Below are positions 39,020 to 50,337 of a stretch of 64,000 nucleotides of DNA, piece by piece. The position numbers and the translations under genes were made by a program. Below the pieces are notes generated by a model that saw nothing but the letters and a program-made list of their open reading frames with translations, made no database searches and was not told the DNA's origin. Source of the stretch: a bacterium (GTDB lineage Bacteria > Patescibacteriota > Dojkabacteria > JAKAPS01 > JAJZLI01); NCBI GenBank assembly GCA_021846685.1, contig JAJZWL010000003.1, positions 17,700 to 81,699 of the forward strand, in the 5' to 3' direction. Within the stretch, counting starts at the first letter, position 1. Every line of letters starts with the position of its first letter.

Positions 39020-39071
39020 TATAAGGAATAAATTGATTTTCAAAACTCTCAATATATTAACAATAGAGTTG

Positions 39072-39100
39072 TTGACAAGAATAATTTATTATGTTAGTAT
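39072..39100 (+). promoter_or_regulatory. Candidate sigma70 promoter for rpoB (TTGACA-N17-TAGTAT)
   Basis: A perfect -35 hexamer at 39072-39077 and a TA-rich -10 element, about 120 nt upstream of rpoB. Confidence 0.35.
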
Positions 39101-39217
39101 AAAATTTAGTTTTCTTAACTTATGTTTTAATGAATAAAGCTTCATTGTTATTTTTGTTTCTTTTATGTTAATCTCTTAGTTGAGTTAATTTTTTTTTGTT
39201 TTAGATAAATTATATAC

Positions 39218-42200
39218 ATGGATAGACTAAATCTTTCAACTATTTACCACGAAAATAATAAGATTTTTGATTACCCAGATTTAATAGAAGCACAAGTAAG
39301 ATCATATGATTTGTTCCTTGAGGAAAATATAAAATCTTTGTTTGATGAAATAAACCCAATTGTAGATAATACAGGGAAATTATGGGTTTTAGAATTTTTA
39401 GATTATAGATTTGGTGATATTACTAGATCTTCTAAAGAAGCTATTAGAAAGGGGTTAAGTTATGTAAGGCCTTTGTATTTTAATGTTGAATTAACTAATA
39501 AGGTTACTGGTGAAGTTAAGCAGCAAGAGTTGTTTATAGCTGAATTACCAATAATGACGGAATCTGGTAGTTTTATTATTAATGGTCATGAAAGAGTTGT
39601 AATTCATCAGATAGTTAGGGCAGAAGGTGTTTTGTTCACTGAAAATGGAAAAGCATTTAATAAGCAAAGGTTATATTCTGCAAAGCTAATAACTGCTATT
39701 GGTCCTTGGGTAACTTTTGAAGTTAACAAGCATAATGTAATGTCATTAAAATTTGCTCCTAGAAAGAATAAAATTTTAGTTACTACTTTATTAAGAGCTT
39801 TGGGGTATTCCACAAATTCAGATATTTTAAATTTATTTTCTGATGTAGATAATAATCAAGACAGGAAATTTATAGAATCAACTTTGGTTAAAGATCCTAC
39901 TCATAATCATACTGAAGCAGTATTGGAAATTTATAGAAAGATAAGACCTGATATCTCAGTTAATTATGATAATGCATTAGCTTATATTAACAGTTTGTTT
40001 TTTAATCCGAGAAAATTATATTTAGGAAAAACTGGAAGATATAAGTTAAATAAAAAATTAGGATTTGATAGACCTTTAGATAAAGATAATTATGTTTTAT
40101 TTAAGGAAGACATAGTAGCTATTGTAAAGAGATTGATAGAGGTAAGTAATGGAGTTATACCTGCAGATGATGTAGATTCTCTAAGTAACAGAAGGGTTAA
40201 GAGTGTTGGTGAATTATTATCAGATTATATTAGGGTTGGAGTAAGAAGAGTTGAAAAAATTGTTAAAGATAGGATGAGTATAATGTCTACTGATGAATTA
40301 TTAACTCCTTCTATGCTTATAAGTGCAAAACCTTTTGTTTCTGTTATTAATGAATTTTTTGGTAGTAGTGCTGTTTCTGTATCTATGGATCAAGCTAATG
40401 TACTAAGTGAGATTAGTAATAAAAGAAGAGTTACTGCTGGAGGTCCAGGTGGATTAACTAAAGAGAGTGCTACTTTCTCAGTTAGAGATATGCATTATTC
40501 TCAATATTCTAGATTATGTCCTGTTGAAACTCCTGAAGGACAACATATAGGTATAGTAAATCACTTAAGTATTTATGCAAGAATTAATGAATATGGATTT
40601 ATAGAAACTCCTTATGAAAAAGTCTTAAATACAGTTTCTTTTGATTCAAATAAGCTTTTAAATAGAATTTTAAGGGCTGACTTGAAGGTAGGGAATAAGG
40701 CATATAAATCTGGGGATGTAATTAATTCTGATTTATCAAAAGTAATTATAAAGGATAAATTAAAAGATATATTGGTATTACCATATCTTTCTGGAGATAT
40801 AGAATATTTTGATGCAGATGAAGAATTTAATTTTATTATTGCTAGTTTGAATACTAAAATAGATTCTCATGGGAATATATTAGATAATATATTAGAAATT
40901 AGATCTAAAGGAGATTACTCTTTGGGCACATCTACAAGTATTAATTATATCGAGGTTTCGACTACTCAAATAGGAGGAGTTTCTTTAAATTTGATACCTT
41001 TTGCTGCAGGTAATAAAGCAGATAGAACTTTAATGGGATCTAATATGCAAAAGCAGGCAGTGCCTTTGCTTACTCCAGAAGCTCCAATCATAGGAACTGG
41101 AGTAGAAGGTATTGTTGCTCAAAATTCTCATAGGTCATATTTTGCTAAAGATGATGGAGTAGTAGAGTATGCTGATTCTAAAAGGATTAGTGTTCAATAT
41201 AAAAATAAAAATTCTGATAAAGAAACTTATTTTGCAGACAAATTTATACCTACTAATAAATCAACTTCTTTTTCTCAAAAGGTAATTTTGAATAAAGGAA
41301 CTAGTTTTAAAAAGGGAGATGTATTAGTTGATGGTCCTAGTATAAGTAATGGAGAATTAGCTCTAGGTAAGAATTTATTAGTTGGATATATGATGTATGA
41401 AGGTTATAATTATGAAGATGGAATTGTAATTTCAGAAAGGTTAGTTAAAGAAGATGTATTGACCTCTGTACACGTTAAATGTTATACGCACGATATAAAA
41501 GAGACTAGATTGGGTCCTGAAATGACAACTAGGGATATCCCTAATGTATCGTTAACTTCTTTAAAAGATTTGGATGAAAATGGAATCGTTAGATTAGGTG
41601 CTTATGTAGAGTCAGGAAGTATTCTTGTTGGTATAGTAGCACCTAAGGGTGAAGTAGAACTTACTGCAGAAGAAAAATTATTAAGATCTATATTTGGAGA
41701 TATAGCTAAGGATGTTAGGGATAATTCATTGAGAGTTCCTAATGGTGAATCTGGAGTTATAACAGATATTGAGATACTAGAGAGAGAAGATGATTCTAAT
41801 AAATTATCACCAGGTGTCATAAAGCAAATTAAAGTATGGGTTGCTAGAACTCATAAGATAGGATTAGGTGATAAATTATCAGGAAGATTTGGAGATAAAG
41901 GTGTAATATCAAAAATACTTCCAGTAGAGGATATGCCTTATTTAGAAGATGGTACACCTTTAGATATATTGCTTTCTCCTTCTAGTATAACTAGAAGATT
42001 AAATTTTGGGCAATTGCATGAAATACATTATAGTAAGATTGCAAAAAAAATTGGAAAAAATTTAGCATTTCCTATTTTTTCTCAAATTGATGAAAATAAA
42101 TTAGAAAATCTTTTAAAAGATAATAATATTAAACCAGAAGATATTGAGGATAAAGTCTCTTTGTATGATGGTAGAGATGGTTCTAAGTTCCAAAATAAAA

Positions 42201-42721
42201 TTACTGTAGGTCAAAGGTATATACTAGTATTAGATCATTTGGCAGATTCAAAAGTTCATGCAAGATCTACAGGTAGTTATACTGTGGTTAATCAACAACC
42301 ATTGGGTGGTAAGTCAAATATGGGAGGTATGAGATTCGGGGAAATGGAAGTATGGGCATTAGAAGCTTATGGAGCTGCATATACACTTCAAGAAATGTTA
42401 TCTATAAAGTCAGATGACATAATAGGAAGATCTGAAGCATACAAATCGATTATTCATAATAGAAAGATACAAATGGTCGGAATTCCTGAGTCATTTAAGG
42501 TATTGCTATCAGAATTAAAGTCTCTGTGTTTAAATATAGAGCCTACTGAAGTAATCATAGATAATATCTCAGAAGAGGAATCAAATATTCCTGAAGATGT
42601 CATGATTGAAGAAGGTGTTATAGTGACAGAGGATAATGGGAATGATATTGTAGAGAATGTTATGGTAGGTAGTGATCCTGCTGTATTAGAAGAAAATGAG
42701 AATAGTATTGAGTCAAATTAA
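39218..42721 (+). CDS. rpoB: DNA-directed RNA polymerase subunit beta
   Basis: 1167 aa with conserved beta-subunit blocks throughout (..GPGGLTKESA..RDMHYS.., NMQKQAVP). Confidence 0.95.
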   Translation: MDRLNLSTIYHENNKIFDYPDLIEAQVRSYDLFLEENIKSLFDEINPIVDNTGKLWVLEFLDYRFGDITRSSKEAIRKGLSYVRPLYFNVELTNKVTGEVKQQELFIAELPIMTESGSFIINGHERVVIHQIVRAEGVLFTENGKAFNKQRLYSAKLITAIGPWVTFEVNKHNVMSLKFAPRKNKILVTTLLRALGYSTNSDILNLFSDVDNNQDRKFIESTLVKDPTHNHTEAVLEIYRKIRPDISVNYDNALAYINSLFFNPRKLYLGKTGRYKLNKKLGFDRPLDKDNYVLFKEDIVAIVKRLIEVSNGVIPADDVDSLSNRRVKSVGELLSDYIRVGVRRVEKIVKDRMSIMSTDELLTPSMLISAKPFVSVINEFFGSSAVSVSMDQANVLSEISNKRRVTAGGPGGLTKESATFSVRDMHYSQYSRLCPVETPEGQHIGIVNHLSIYARINEYGFIETPYEKVLNTVSFDSNKLLNRILRADLKVGNKAYKSGDVINSDLSKVIIKDKLKDILVLPYLSGDIEYFDADEEFNFIIASLNTKIDSHGNILDNILEIRSKGDYSLGTSTSINYIEVSTTQIGGVSLNLIPFAAGNKADRTLMGSNMQKQAVPLLTPEAPIIGTGVEGIVAQNSHRSYFAKDDGVVEYADSKRISVQYKNKNSDKETYFADKFIPTNKSTSFSQKVILNKGTSFKKGDVLVDGPSISNGELALGKNLLVGYMMYEGYNYEDGIVISERLVKEDVLTSVHVKCYTHDIKETRLGPEMTTRDIPNVSLTSLKDLDENGIVRLGAYVESGSILVGIVAPKGEVELTAEEKLLRSIFGDIAKDVRDNSLRVPNGESGVITDIEILEREDDSNKLSPGVIKQIKVWVARTHKIGLGDKLSGRFGDKGVISKILPVEDMPYLEDGTPLDILLSPSSITRRLNFGQLHEIHYSKIAKKIGKNLAFPIFSQIDENKLENLLKDNNIKPEDIEDKVSLYDGRDGSKFQNKITVGQRYILVLDHLADSKVHARSTGSYTVVNQQPLGGKSNMGGMRFGEMEVWALEAYGAAYTLQEMLSIKSDDIIGRSEAYKSIIHNRKIQMVGIPESFKVLLSELKSLCLNIEPTEVIIDNISEEESNIPEDVMIEEGVIVTEDNGNDIVENVMVGSDPAVLEENENSIESN

Positions 42722-42739
42722 TTATTTTATTTATTATAT

Positions 42740-45700
42740 TTGTATATGTTAAAAGATTTTAAAGCACTAAAGATAACCTTAGCTTCACCTTCACAAATTT
42801 TAGATTGGTCTCATGGTGAGGTTAAGAAGGCAGAAACAATTAATTATAGAACTCAAAGATCCGAGGTAGGGGGATTGATGTGTGAGAAGATTTTTGGTCC
42901 AACCAAGAATTATGAATGTTATTGTGGTAAATATAAAAAAATAAGATATAAAGGTATTATATGTGATAAATGTGGAGTTGAAGTCACTACACGAAATGTT
43001 AGAAGGGAGAGATTAGGGCATATTAAATTAGCATCTCCAATAACTCATATTTGGTTTGTTCATGAAGTGCCTAATAAATTATCTTTATTATTAGATATTC
43101 CTCAAAAAAAACTTATTTCTGTAGTTTATTTTTCTAGATATATTATCTTATCAGTAGATTCTGAAAAAAAGAAAGAAGCAATTGATGTCGTTAAGGAAAA
43201 GATATCTGTAGCTGAATCTGAATATAATAAAGATTTAAAAGATAAAATAAAGATTCTAAATGAAGAGCAGGACAAGGAATTAAAAACTAAAAGATCTGAA
43301 CTTAAAAAAGAGGGGATGGATAATGAATCTATAGATCTCCAAATTGAAAAGCAGAATTTTAAATTTAGACAACAAGTTGCTAGATTAAAAGAGGTAGAAT
43401 CATCAGCATTTGAAGAAATTTCTAAAGAGAATGATAATCTTTTAGAATTAGTAAAGAAAATTAATGTTGGTGAAGTGATATCAGAAGAAGAATATGGGAC
43501 TTTATTAGATAATAATTTAGAATTTTATGAATTAGATATGGGTTCTGAGTCAATTAGAAAATTGTTGTCGAATTTAGATCTAGATACACTTTCTAAAGAG
43601 TTGTATAAAGATATTAATTCTAAATCTGCTCAAAGGAGAGTTAGGGTAATTCAAAGATTAAAAATAATAGAAGGATTTAGAAAGAATAATATGAAACCAG
43701 AGTGGATGGTATTAGATGTTATTCCTGTTATTCCACCTGATTTGAGACCTATTATTCAACTATCTGGAGGTAAATTTGCAACATCTGATCTTAATGATTT
43801 ATACAGAAGAGTTATTAATAGAAACAATAGATTAAAAAAATTAATGGATTTAGGAGCTCCAGAGGTTATTTTGAGAAATGAAAAAAGAATGTTACAAGAG
43901 AGTGTAGATGCGTTGTTTGATAATCAGCATAGACCTTCTGCACCTGTAGTAAACTCTAGGAGAATCCCATATAAGTCTTTATCTGATAATATAAGAGGAA
44001 AATATGGAAGATTTAGAGGTAATCTTTTAGGTAAAAGAGTAGATTATTCAGGTAGAGCTGTAATTACTAGTGGTCCTGAATTATCATTGACTCAATGTGG
44101 TCTTCCTAAAAAAATGGCTTTAGAATTATTTAGACCTTTTGTTATGAGAGAAATCCTCTATAGAGGAATTTCACCTAATATTAAGAGTGCGAAAGTATTA
44201 TTTGAAAGTGCAACTCCTGAAGTATGGGATATTTTAGAAGAAATAATCAAAGATAGACCTGTACTTTTAAATAGAGCTCCTACTTTGCATAAGCAAGGAA
44301 TTCAAGGATTCTTTCCAATACTTATTGAAGGAGATGCTATTCAATTACATCCTTTAGTTTGTGAAGGATTTAATGCTGATTTCGATGGAGATGCAATGAC
44401 AGTTCATGTGCCATTATCTGAAAGTGCAATAGAAGAAGTTATAAATCTTACAATGACAGACAGTAATTTATTTTTAGCTTCTGATGCTACTCCTATAGTT
44501 ACTTTGAAAAAAGATATGGTTTATGGTTGTTATTATGTAACCTCTATTGAAAAAGTAAATTTGGATAAGGTTTTTTCATCCTCAGAAGATTTATTATCAG
44601 CATACAATAAAGGTATAATTTCTTTAAGGGAGTTAGTTAAGGTTAGAATAGATGGTAAATTAATAGATTCTTCAGTAGGTAGAATTATTTTTAACCAATC
44701 TTTGCATGGAAGTGTTCCTGAGTTTATAAATGATTCAGTAAATGACAAAATCATAACTGATATTGTTGTAAATGCAGTTGATTCAATTGGGAAAAAAGAA
44801 ACATTATTGATGTTAGATGATCTTAAGAGTTTAGGATTTAAATATGCATTAAAATCAGATTTTTCTATTTCAATTGAAGATTGTCAAATGTTGCCTAATA
44901 AAGATGATTTAATTTTAGGAGCAGATAAGGAAATTGAAAAAATTGCAGATAGTTTTAAAGAAGGATTAATAACTAAAAAAGAAAGAGTACAATTATCTAC
45001 TGATGTATGGAAGGGTGTTACTGACGATATTGCAGAAAAATCTTTAAATAATCTTAAAGAAGGGAATTTATTTAAAACTATTGTTGATAATAAATTTATG
45101 GGTGCTAATATTGATCAATTAAAGCAAATTATAGGAATGAAAGGTTTAGTGCTTGATCCTAATGGAAATATAATTGAATTACCTATAAAATCAAATTATG
45201 TTGATGGTCTGAGTGTTTTTGAATATTTAGTTGAAGCTAGATCTTCTCGAAAAGGTTTGGCAGATGTAGCTTTGAGAACTTCAAATACAGGATATTTAAC
45301 TAGAAAAATGGTAGATGTATCTCATGATGTAATCATAAGATTAGAAGATTGTAATAATTTTGGAGAAGGATATATTTTATCTAAAAATGAAGATAGAAAA
45401 TTAAATTTTGAATCAAGAATATATGGAAGAGTTATATCTGAAGATGTGAAAAATAAAAAAGGTGAAATTTTCTACTCTACTAATACTATTATTGATAGAA
45501 AGTTAGCTAAAGAGATAAATAATAATAAAGAAATAGAATCGATTACAGTTAGAACTCCTTTAACTTGTGGAGCTCAATATGGTATTTGTGCTATGTGTTA
45601 TGGATATGATATTAGTGAAAATGAATTAGTTAAAGTAGGGAAGGCAGTAGGAGTTATTGCTGCTCAATCTTTAGGACAAAAAGGATCTCAACTAACTTTA

Positions 45701-46615
45701 AACTCAAAACATTTATCTGGTATTGTTGGAGGAGTAGATATGTCTAGAGGTGCTCCTAGGATAGAGGAACTTTTAGAGGCTAGAATTCCAAAAGGAGAAG
45801 CAAAAATTGCTGATATAGATGGAGTAGTTAAAATTGAAAATATCAATAATGTTGTAAAACTAAAAATAGTATCTGAAAATAATATAGGAAAAGATTATAT
45901 TTTAGTTAAAGGAGACGTTCCTGCATTTGAAGGAGAAAAGAAAGTTAATCCGGGCAATTTATTATTTGTAAGTAAAGATGGAACTCAAGTAGTATCTCCA
46001 TTTAAAGGTCTTGCAAAAATAGAAGACGGTAAAGTTTATGTAGAAAGTACAAAATCTTTGGAAGTAGAATATACATTTGATCCTGAAGATATTATATTGG
46101 TATCTGATGGAGAAAAGATTAAAGTAGGAACATTATTAACTAAAGGTAATATAGATCCTAATGTTTTACTTAAAGCAGTAGGTATTCATAAAGCTCAAAA
46201 ATATATTATTGATAATTTATTGGATACTTATGAAAGTCAAGGTATTAGTGTTTATGATAAACATATTGAGATTTTAGTTTCTCAAATGGGAAGATATGTA
46301 AAAGTTCTAGATCCAGGGGATAGTGATGTGTTACCAGGCTCTTATAAAGATATATTTTTTATTAATGAAGAAAATAAGCATTTAAAAGATAAGAATTTGA
46401 AAGAAATAAAATTTGAAAGAAAATTATCAGGGATAACCTCAGCAGCATTGCATACTGAAAGTTTTCTTTCAGCAGCTTCTTTCCAAGAACAGGTTAGAGT
46501 TCTTTCAGAAGCAGCAATTTCAGGTAAAACTGATTATTTGCGTGGTTTGAAAGAAAATGTTATCATTGGACGTAAAATCCCAGTGGGGGATGAAGCTAGA
46601 TTAGTTAATGGATAA
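42740..46615 (+). CDS. rpoC: DNA-directed RNA polymerase subunit beta'
   Basis: 1291 aa with a zinc finger (CYCGKY..C..C), the NADFDGD catalytic motif and the trigger loop region. Confidence 0.95.
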   Translation: MYMLKDFKALKITLASPSQILDWSHGEVKKAETINYRTQRSEVGGLMCEKIFGPTKNYECYCGKYKKIRYKGIICDKCGVEVTTRNVRRERLGHIKLASPITHIWFVHEVPNKLSLLLDIPQKKLISVVYFSRYIILSVDSEKKKEAIDVVKEKISVAESEYNKDLKDKIKILNEEQDKELKTKRSELKKEGMDNESIDLQIEKQNFKFRQQVARLKEVESSAFEEISKENDNLLELVKKINVGEVISEEEYGTLLDNNLEFYELDMGSESIRKLLSNLDLDTLSKELYKDINSKSAQRRVRVIQRLKIIEGFRKNNMKPEWMVLDVIPVIPPDLRPIIQLSGGKFATSDLNDLYRRVINRNNRLKKLMDLGAPEVILRNEKRMLQESVDALFDNQHRPSAPVVNSRRIPYKSLSDNIRGKYGRFRGNLLGKRVDYSGRAVITSGPELSLTQCGLPKKMALELFRPFVMREILYRGISPNIKSAKVLFESATPEVWDILEEIIKDRPVLLNRAPTLHKQGIQGFFPILIEGDAIQLHPLVCEGFNADFDGDAMTVHVPLSESAIEEVINLTMTDSNLFLASDATPIVTLKKDMVYGCYYVTSIEKVNLDKVFSSSEDLLSAYNKGIISLRELVKVRIDGKLIDSSVGRIIFNQSLHGSVPEFINDSVNDKIITDIVVNAVDSIGKKETLLMLDDLKSLGFKYALKSDFSISIEDCQMLPNKDDLILGADKEIEKIADSFKEGLITKKERVQLSTDVWKGVTDDIAEKSLNNLKEGNLFKTIVDNKFMGANIDQLKQIIGMKGLVLDPNGNIIELPIKSNYVDGLSVFEYLVEARSSRKGLADVALRTSNTGYLTRKMVDVSHDVIIRLEDCNNFGEGYILSKNEDRKLNFESRIYGRVISEDVKNKKGEIFYSTNTIIDRKLAKEINNNKEIESITVRTPLTCGAQYGICAMCYGYDISENELVKVGKAVGVIAAQSLGQKGSQLTLNSKHLSGIVGGVDMSRGAPRIEELLEARIPKGEAKIADIDGVVKIENINNVVKLKIVSENNIGKDYILVKGDVPAFEGEKKVNPGNLLFVSKDGTQVVSPFKGLAKIEDGKVYVESTKSLEVEYTFDPEDIILVSDGEKIKVGTLLTKGNIDPNVLLKAVGIHKAQKYIIDNLLDTYESQGISVYDKHIEILVSQMGRYVKVLDPGDSDVLPGSYKDIFFINEENKHLKDKNLKEIKFERKLSGITSAALHTESFLSAASFQEQVRVLSEAAISGKTDYLRGLKENVIIGRKIPVGDEARLVNG

Positions 46616-46624
46616 TATAAATAT

Positions 46625-47038
46625 ATGTCAAGAATATCACAGTTAGTAAGAAAACCTAGGAAAAGTAAAGTTAAAAATATAAAGTATAAGGCTTTAACAT
46701 TTACTTATAATTCTAAAAAAAATAAATATACTAGGGTAAATTCTCCATTTAAGAGAGGGGTATGTACTGTAGTCAGAACAACTACTCCTAAAAAACCTAA
46801 TTCTGCATTAAGAAAAATTGCAAAAGTTAGGTTGTCTAACAAAATGGAAGTTACTGCATATATTCCAGGTGAAGATCATAAATTGCAAGAACATTCTGTT
46901 GTTCTAATTAAAGCAGGCAGAGTGCCTGATGTTCCTGTTGCTAAATATCATATAGTTAGAGGTACTTATGATGATGCAGAAGGGGTAGAAAATAGAAAGC
47001 AATCTAGGTCTAAATATGGAGTAAAAAAAGGTAAATAA
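46625..47038 (+). CDS. rpsL: 30S ribosomal protein S12
   Basis: [26 protein letters not shown] signature. Confidence 0.93.
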   Translation: MSRISQLVRKPRKSKVKNIKYKALTFTYNSKKNKYTRVNSPFKRGVCTVVRTTTPKKPNSALRKIAKVRLSNKMEVTAYIPGEDHKLQEHSVVLIKAGRVPDVPVAKYHIVRGTYDDAEGVENRKQSRSKYGVKKGK

Positions 47039-47058
47039 AAAAATATAAGAATTTAATT

Positions 47059-47523
47059 ATGAGAGGAAAAAAAATAACAAAAAGAAAAATAAGTCCAGAT
47101 GTAAAATATGGAAATGTTAATATAGAAAAATTTATTAACAAGGTTATGATTGGAGGTAAAAAATCTATATCTAGAGTAATTGTGTATGGTGCATTAGAAG
47201 AAGCTGCATCAACATTAAAGATTGAACCTCTAGATCTATTTAATAAAGTCATAGAAAACACCACTCCTTCAGTAGAAGTTAGATCTAGAAGAGTTGGTGG
47301 TGCCAATTTTCAAGTTCCTATTCCTGTATCTCCTGATAGACAAGTTACTTTAGCTTTAAGATGGATTATATCTGCAGCTAGAGATAGAAAAGGTATGCCA
47401 ATGAAAGAAAGGTTGGGTAAAGAGTTTGTAGAAGCATATAATAATGCAGGTGGAGCAGTTAAAAAGAAAACTGACATCGAAAAGATGGCAGAAGCAAATA
47501 AAGCTTTCTCATATTTAGCTTAA
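47059..47523 (+). CDS. rpsG: 30S ribosomal protein S7
   Basis: The 154-aa S7 family product, in the rpsL-rpsG-fusA order. Confidence 0.93.
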   Translation: MRGKKITKRKISPDVKYGNVNIEKFINKVMIGGKKSISRVIVYGALEEAASTLKIEPLDLFNKVIENTTPSVEVRSRRVGGANFQVPIPVSPDRQVTLALRWIISAARDRKGMPMKERLGKEFVEAYNNAGGAVKKKTDIEKMAEANKAFSYLA

Positions 47524-47542
47524 TAATTTAAAAATAAATTTA

Positions 47543-49600
47543 ATGGATAATATACGAAATATCGGTATAATAGCTCATATAGATGCTGGTAAAACTACTA
47601 GTACAGAAAGAATATTATACTATACTGGAAAAACATATAAAATTGGAGAAGTTCATGAAGGTGAGGCTGTAATGGATTGGATGGATCAAGAAAAAGAAAG
47701 AGGTATTACTATTACATCTGCTGCAACCACAACATTTTGGATTTTAAATAATAATAAATACAGAATCAATATTATAGATACTCCGGGACATGTAGATTTT
47801 ACAGCTGAAGTGGAAAGATCATTAAGGGTTTTAGATGGTGGAGTCGTGGTGTTTGATGGGAAAATGGGTGTAGAACCTCAATCTGAAACTGTATGGAGAC
47901 AGGCAGATAAATATAATGTTCCAAGAATATGTTTTATTAATAAATTAGATGGAATTGGAGCTGATTTCTATATGTCTTATAAATCAATTATAGAAAGATT
48001 AGGTGCCAATATAGTAATAATGCAATTACCTATTGGGGCTGAAAGTAATCTTAAGGGATTGGTTGATTTAGTTACTAAAAAAGCATATATATATACAAAT
48101 GATTTGGGAACCGATATTAAAGAAGAAGATGTTCCTGAAGATATGAAAGATAAGGTTGAAGAATATCGTACTCAATTAATAGAAAAAGCTTCAGAGTATG
48201 ATGATTCTGTAATGGAAAAATATTTGAATGGAGATGAATTAACTCACGAAGATATTTATAAAGGAATAAGAGCAGGAGTTATTTCAGGTGACTTATTCCC
48301 AGTTTTTGGAGGAAGTGCTCTTAAAAATAAAGGATTTCAGTTATTATTAGATGCAATAATAAGATATTTACCATCTCCTATGGATGCAGGAGATATAAAA
48401 GCTTTAAATGATAAAGAGGAAGAAATAGCAATAAAGGTATCTCCGGACTCTCCTTTTTGTGCATTGGCTTTCAAAATAATGTCTGATCCTCATGTAGGAA
48501 AATTAACTTTCTTTAGGATATATTCAGGAAAAATTAAAAAAGGGTCATTTATTTATAATTCATCAAAAGGTGTTGAAGAAAGAGTATCGAGGATTCTCTT
48601 AATGCATGCTAACCATAGAGAAGAAACAGATGAGTTATCAGCTGGAGATATTGGCGCTATAGTTGGATTAAAAGCAACTACTACAGGAGATACATTGTGT
48701 AATAGTTCTGATAAAATTTTACTAGAAAGTATTACATTTCCAGAACCTGTTGTATCTATTGCAATAGAGCCTAAAACTAAGGCAGATCAAGAAAAAATGT
48801 CATTAGCTATCCATAAATTGGCAGAAGAAGATCCTACATTCCAAATGAAATCTGACCAGGAAACTGGACAAACAATAATCTCTGGAATGGGAGAGTTACA
48901 CTTAGATATCTTAGTTGACAGAATGAAACGAGAATTTTCAGTAGAGGCTAATATAGGAGCTCCTCAGGTTGCATATCGAGAAAGTATTACAAAAGAGTCT
49001 AATGCTGAAGGTAAATATATTAAACAATCAGGAGGAAGAGGTCAATATGGACACTGTTTTCTTAGAATTAATCCAAGAAACAGAGGTGAAGGTTTCGAAT
49101 TTAAGAATGAAATTAAAGGAGGTTCTATCCCACAAGAATATATTCCTGCTATTGAGAAAGGTATTATAGAAACTATGAATGCAGGAGTGGTAGCAGGGTA
49201 CCCTGTTGTAGATGTTTCTGTAACTTTATATGATGGATCTTTTCATGAAGTTGATTCATCTGAAATGGCATTTAAGATTGCTGCATCTATGGCTTTTAAA
49301 GATGCTATGAGGATAGCAGCACCTATTTTATTAGAGCCTATAATGAAGGTTGAAGTTGTTACTCCAGATGAATTTTTAGGAACTATAACTGGTAATTTAA
49401 CAAGTAAAAGAGGATTAATGATTGGAACAGAGTTAAGAGGAAATGCTAGAGTAATAGAAATTGAAGTTCCTTTGGCAAATATGTTTGGCTTTACAACTGA
49501 ATTAAGATCTATGTCTTCTGGAAGAGCTACTTCTACAATGGAATTTGAAAAATATGAGGTTGTTCCTAAAAATGTTGTTGAAGAAATAACAAAGTCATAA
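47543..49600 (+). CDS. fusA: Elongation factor G
   Basis: [17 protein letters not shown] and NKLD GTPase motifs plus domains II-V. Confidence 0.93.
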   Translation: MDNIRNIGIIAHIDAGKTTSTERILYYTGKTYKIGEVHEGEAVMDWMDQEKERGITITSAATTTFWILNNNKYRINIIDTPGHVDFTAEVERSLRVLDGGVVVFDGKMGVEPQSETVWRQADKYNVPRICFINKLDGIGADFYMSYKSIIERLGANIVIMQLPIGAESNLKGLVDLVTKKAYIYTNDLGTDIKEEDVPEDMKDKVEEYRTQLIEKASEYDDSVMEKYLNGDELTHEDIYKGIRAGVISGDLFPVFGGSALKNKGFQLLLDAIIRYLPSPMDAGDIKALNDKEEEIAIKVSPDSPFCALAFKIMSDPHVGKLTFFRIYSGKIKKGSFIYNSSKGVEERVSRILLMHANHREETDELSAGDIGAIVGLKATTTGDTLCNSSDKILLESITFPEPVVSIAIEPKTKADQEKMSLAIHKLAEEDPTFQMKSDQETGQTIISGMGELHLDILVDRMKREFSVEANIGAPQVAYRESITKESNAEGKYIKQSGGRGQYGHCFLRINPRNRGEGFEFKNEIKGGSIPQEYIPAIEKGIIETMNAGVVAGYPVVDVSVTLYDGSFHEVDSSEMAFKIAASMAFKDAMRIAAPILLEPIMKVEVVTPDEFLGTITGNLTSKRGLMIGTELRGNARVIEIEVPLANMFGFTTELRSMSSGRATSTMEFEKYEVVPKNVVEEITKS

Positions 49601-49641
49601 TTTTGAGATACCTTATATTCAATATTATTAATTAAGTCTAT

Positions 49642-49670
49642 TTATTTACTAATTTCTTTAGTGCTATAAT
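49642..49670 (+). promoter_or_regulatory. Candidate promoter with an extended -10 (TGcTATAAT) for tRNA-Leu/efp
   Basis: TGCTATAAT at 49662-49670 lies 12 nt upstream of the tRNA 5' end. Confidence 0.4.
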
Positions 49671-49681
49671 GGAGAAATTAT

Positions 49682-49765
49682 GCCGGGATGGCGGAATTGG
49701 TAGACGCACAGGACTCAAAATCCTGCGAGGATTTCCTCATGAGGGTCCGAGTCCCTCTCTCGGTA
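49682..49765 (+). tRNA. tRNA-Leu (anticodon CAA), class II with long variable arm
   Basis: Acceptor GCCGGGA, D-arm TGGCGGAATTGGTAGACGC, anticodon loop CTCAAAA, variable stem GAGGA/TCCTC and T-arm GAGGG-TCCGAGT-CCCTC. The acceptor stem needs two G-U pairs and the T-loop is atypical (C55). Confidence 0.78.
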
Positions 49766-49788
49766 ATTATTTAAAAGTCATTAATGTT

Positions 49789-50337
49789 ATGTCAAATTTA
49801 AATTCTAGTCAATTAAGGAGTGGAACTGTATTTAAAGACGGTAAAGACAATTTGTTGGTATTGAAATATGAGCATGTAACTCAAGGTCGAGGTGGTACAA
49901 CAATTAAATTAAAAGTTAAAAATATACTAACAGGGTCTATTATTGAAAAAGGTTATAATGTAAATGATAAATTTGAAAGTGTAGATGTAAATAAATCATC
50001 AGCTCAATTTCTTTATTCTGATGGAGGAGTATGTTATTTTATGGATTCTACATCTTTTAATCAATTTGAATTCAACATAGAAAATAAATATCTATCACCT
50101 GGAGAAAAAATTATAGTAACTTATTTAGAAGATAAGCCAATAGATATAGAGATTCCTAATATAGTAAGCTTAAAGGTGGAATATACAGAGTCCTCAAGTA
50201 AGGGTAATACAGTAAATAATGCATTAAAAACAGCAAAACTTGAAACTGGAATGGAAATTAAAGTTCCAATGTTCATTAATATAGGGGATAATATAAAAAT
50301 AAATACTCAGAATGAAGAATATGTCGGAAGAGCTTAA
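49789..50337 (+). CDS. efp: Elongation factor P
   Basis: MSNLNSSQLRSGTVFKDGK..KYEHVTQGRGGTTIKLKVKNILTG matches the EF-P KOW domain. The ORF-track start at 49669 runs through the tRNA, so the start was trimmed to the ATG at 49789. Confidence 0.88.
   Translation: MSNLNSSQLRSGTVFKDGKDNLLVLKYEHVTQGRGGTTIKLKVKNILTGSIIEKGYNVNDKFESVDVNKSSAQFLYSDGGVCYFMDSTSFNQFEFNIENKYLSPGEKIIVTYLEDKPIDIEIPNIVSLKVEYTESSSKGNTVNNALKTAKLETGMEIKVPMFINIGDNIKINTQNEEYVGRA

Noticed and set aside
49669-49788. N-terminal 40-aa extension of the efp ORF
   Set aside because: The extension runs through a well-formed tRNA-Leu gene. The true efp start is the ATG at 49789, which has a conserved EF-P N-terminus.
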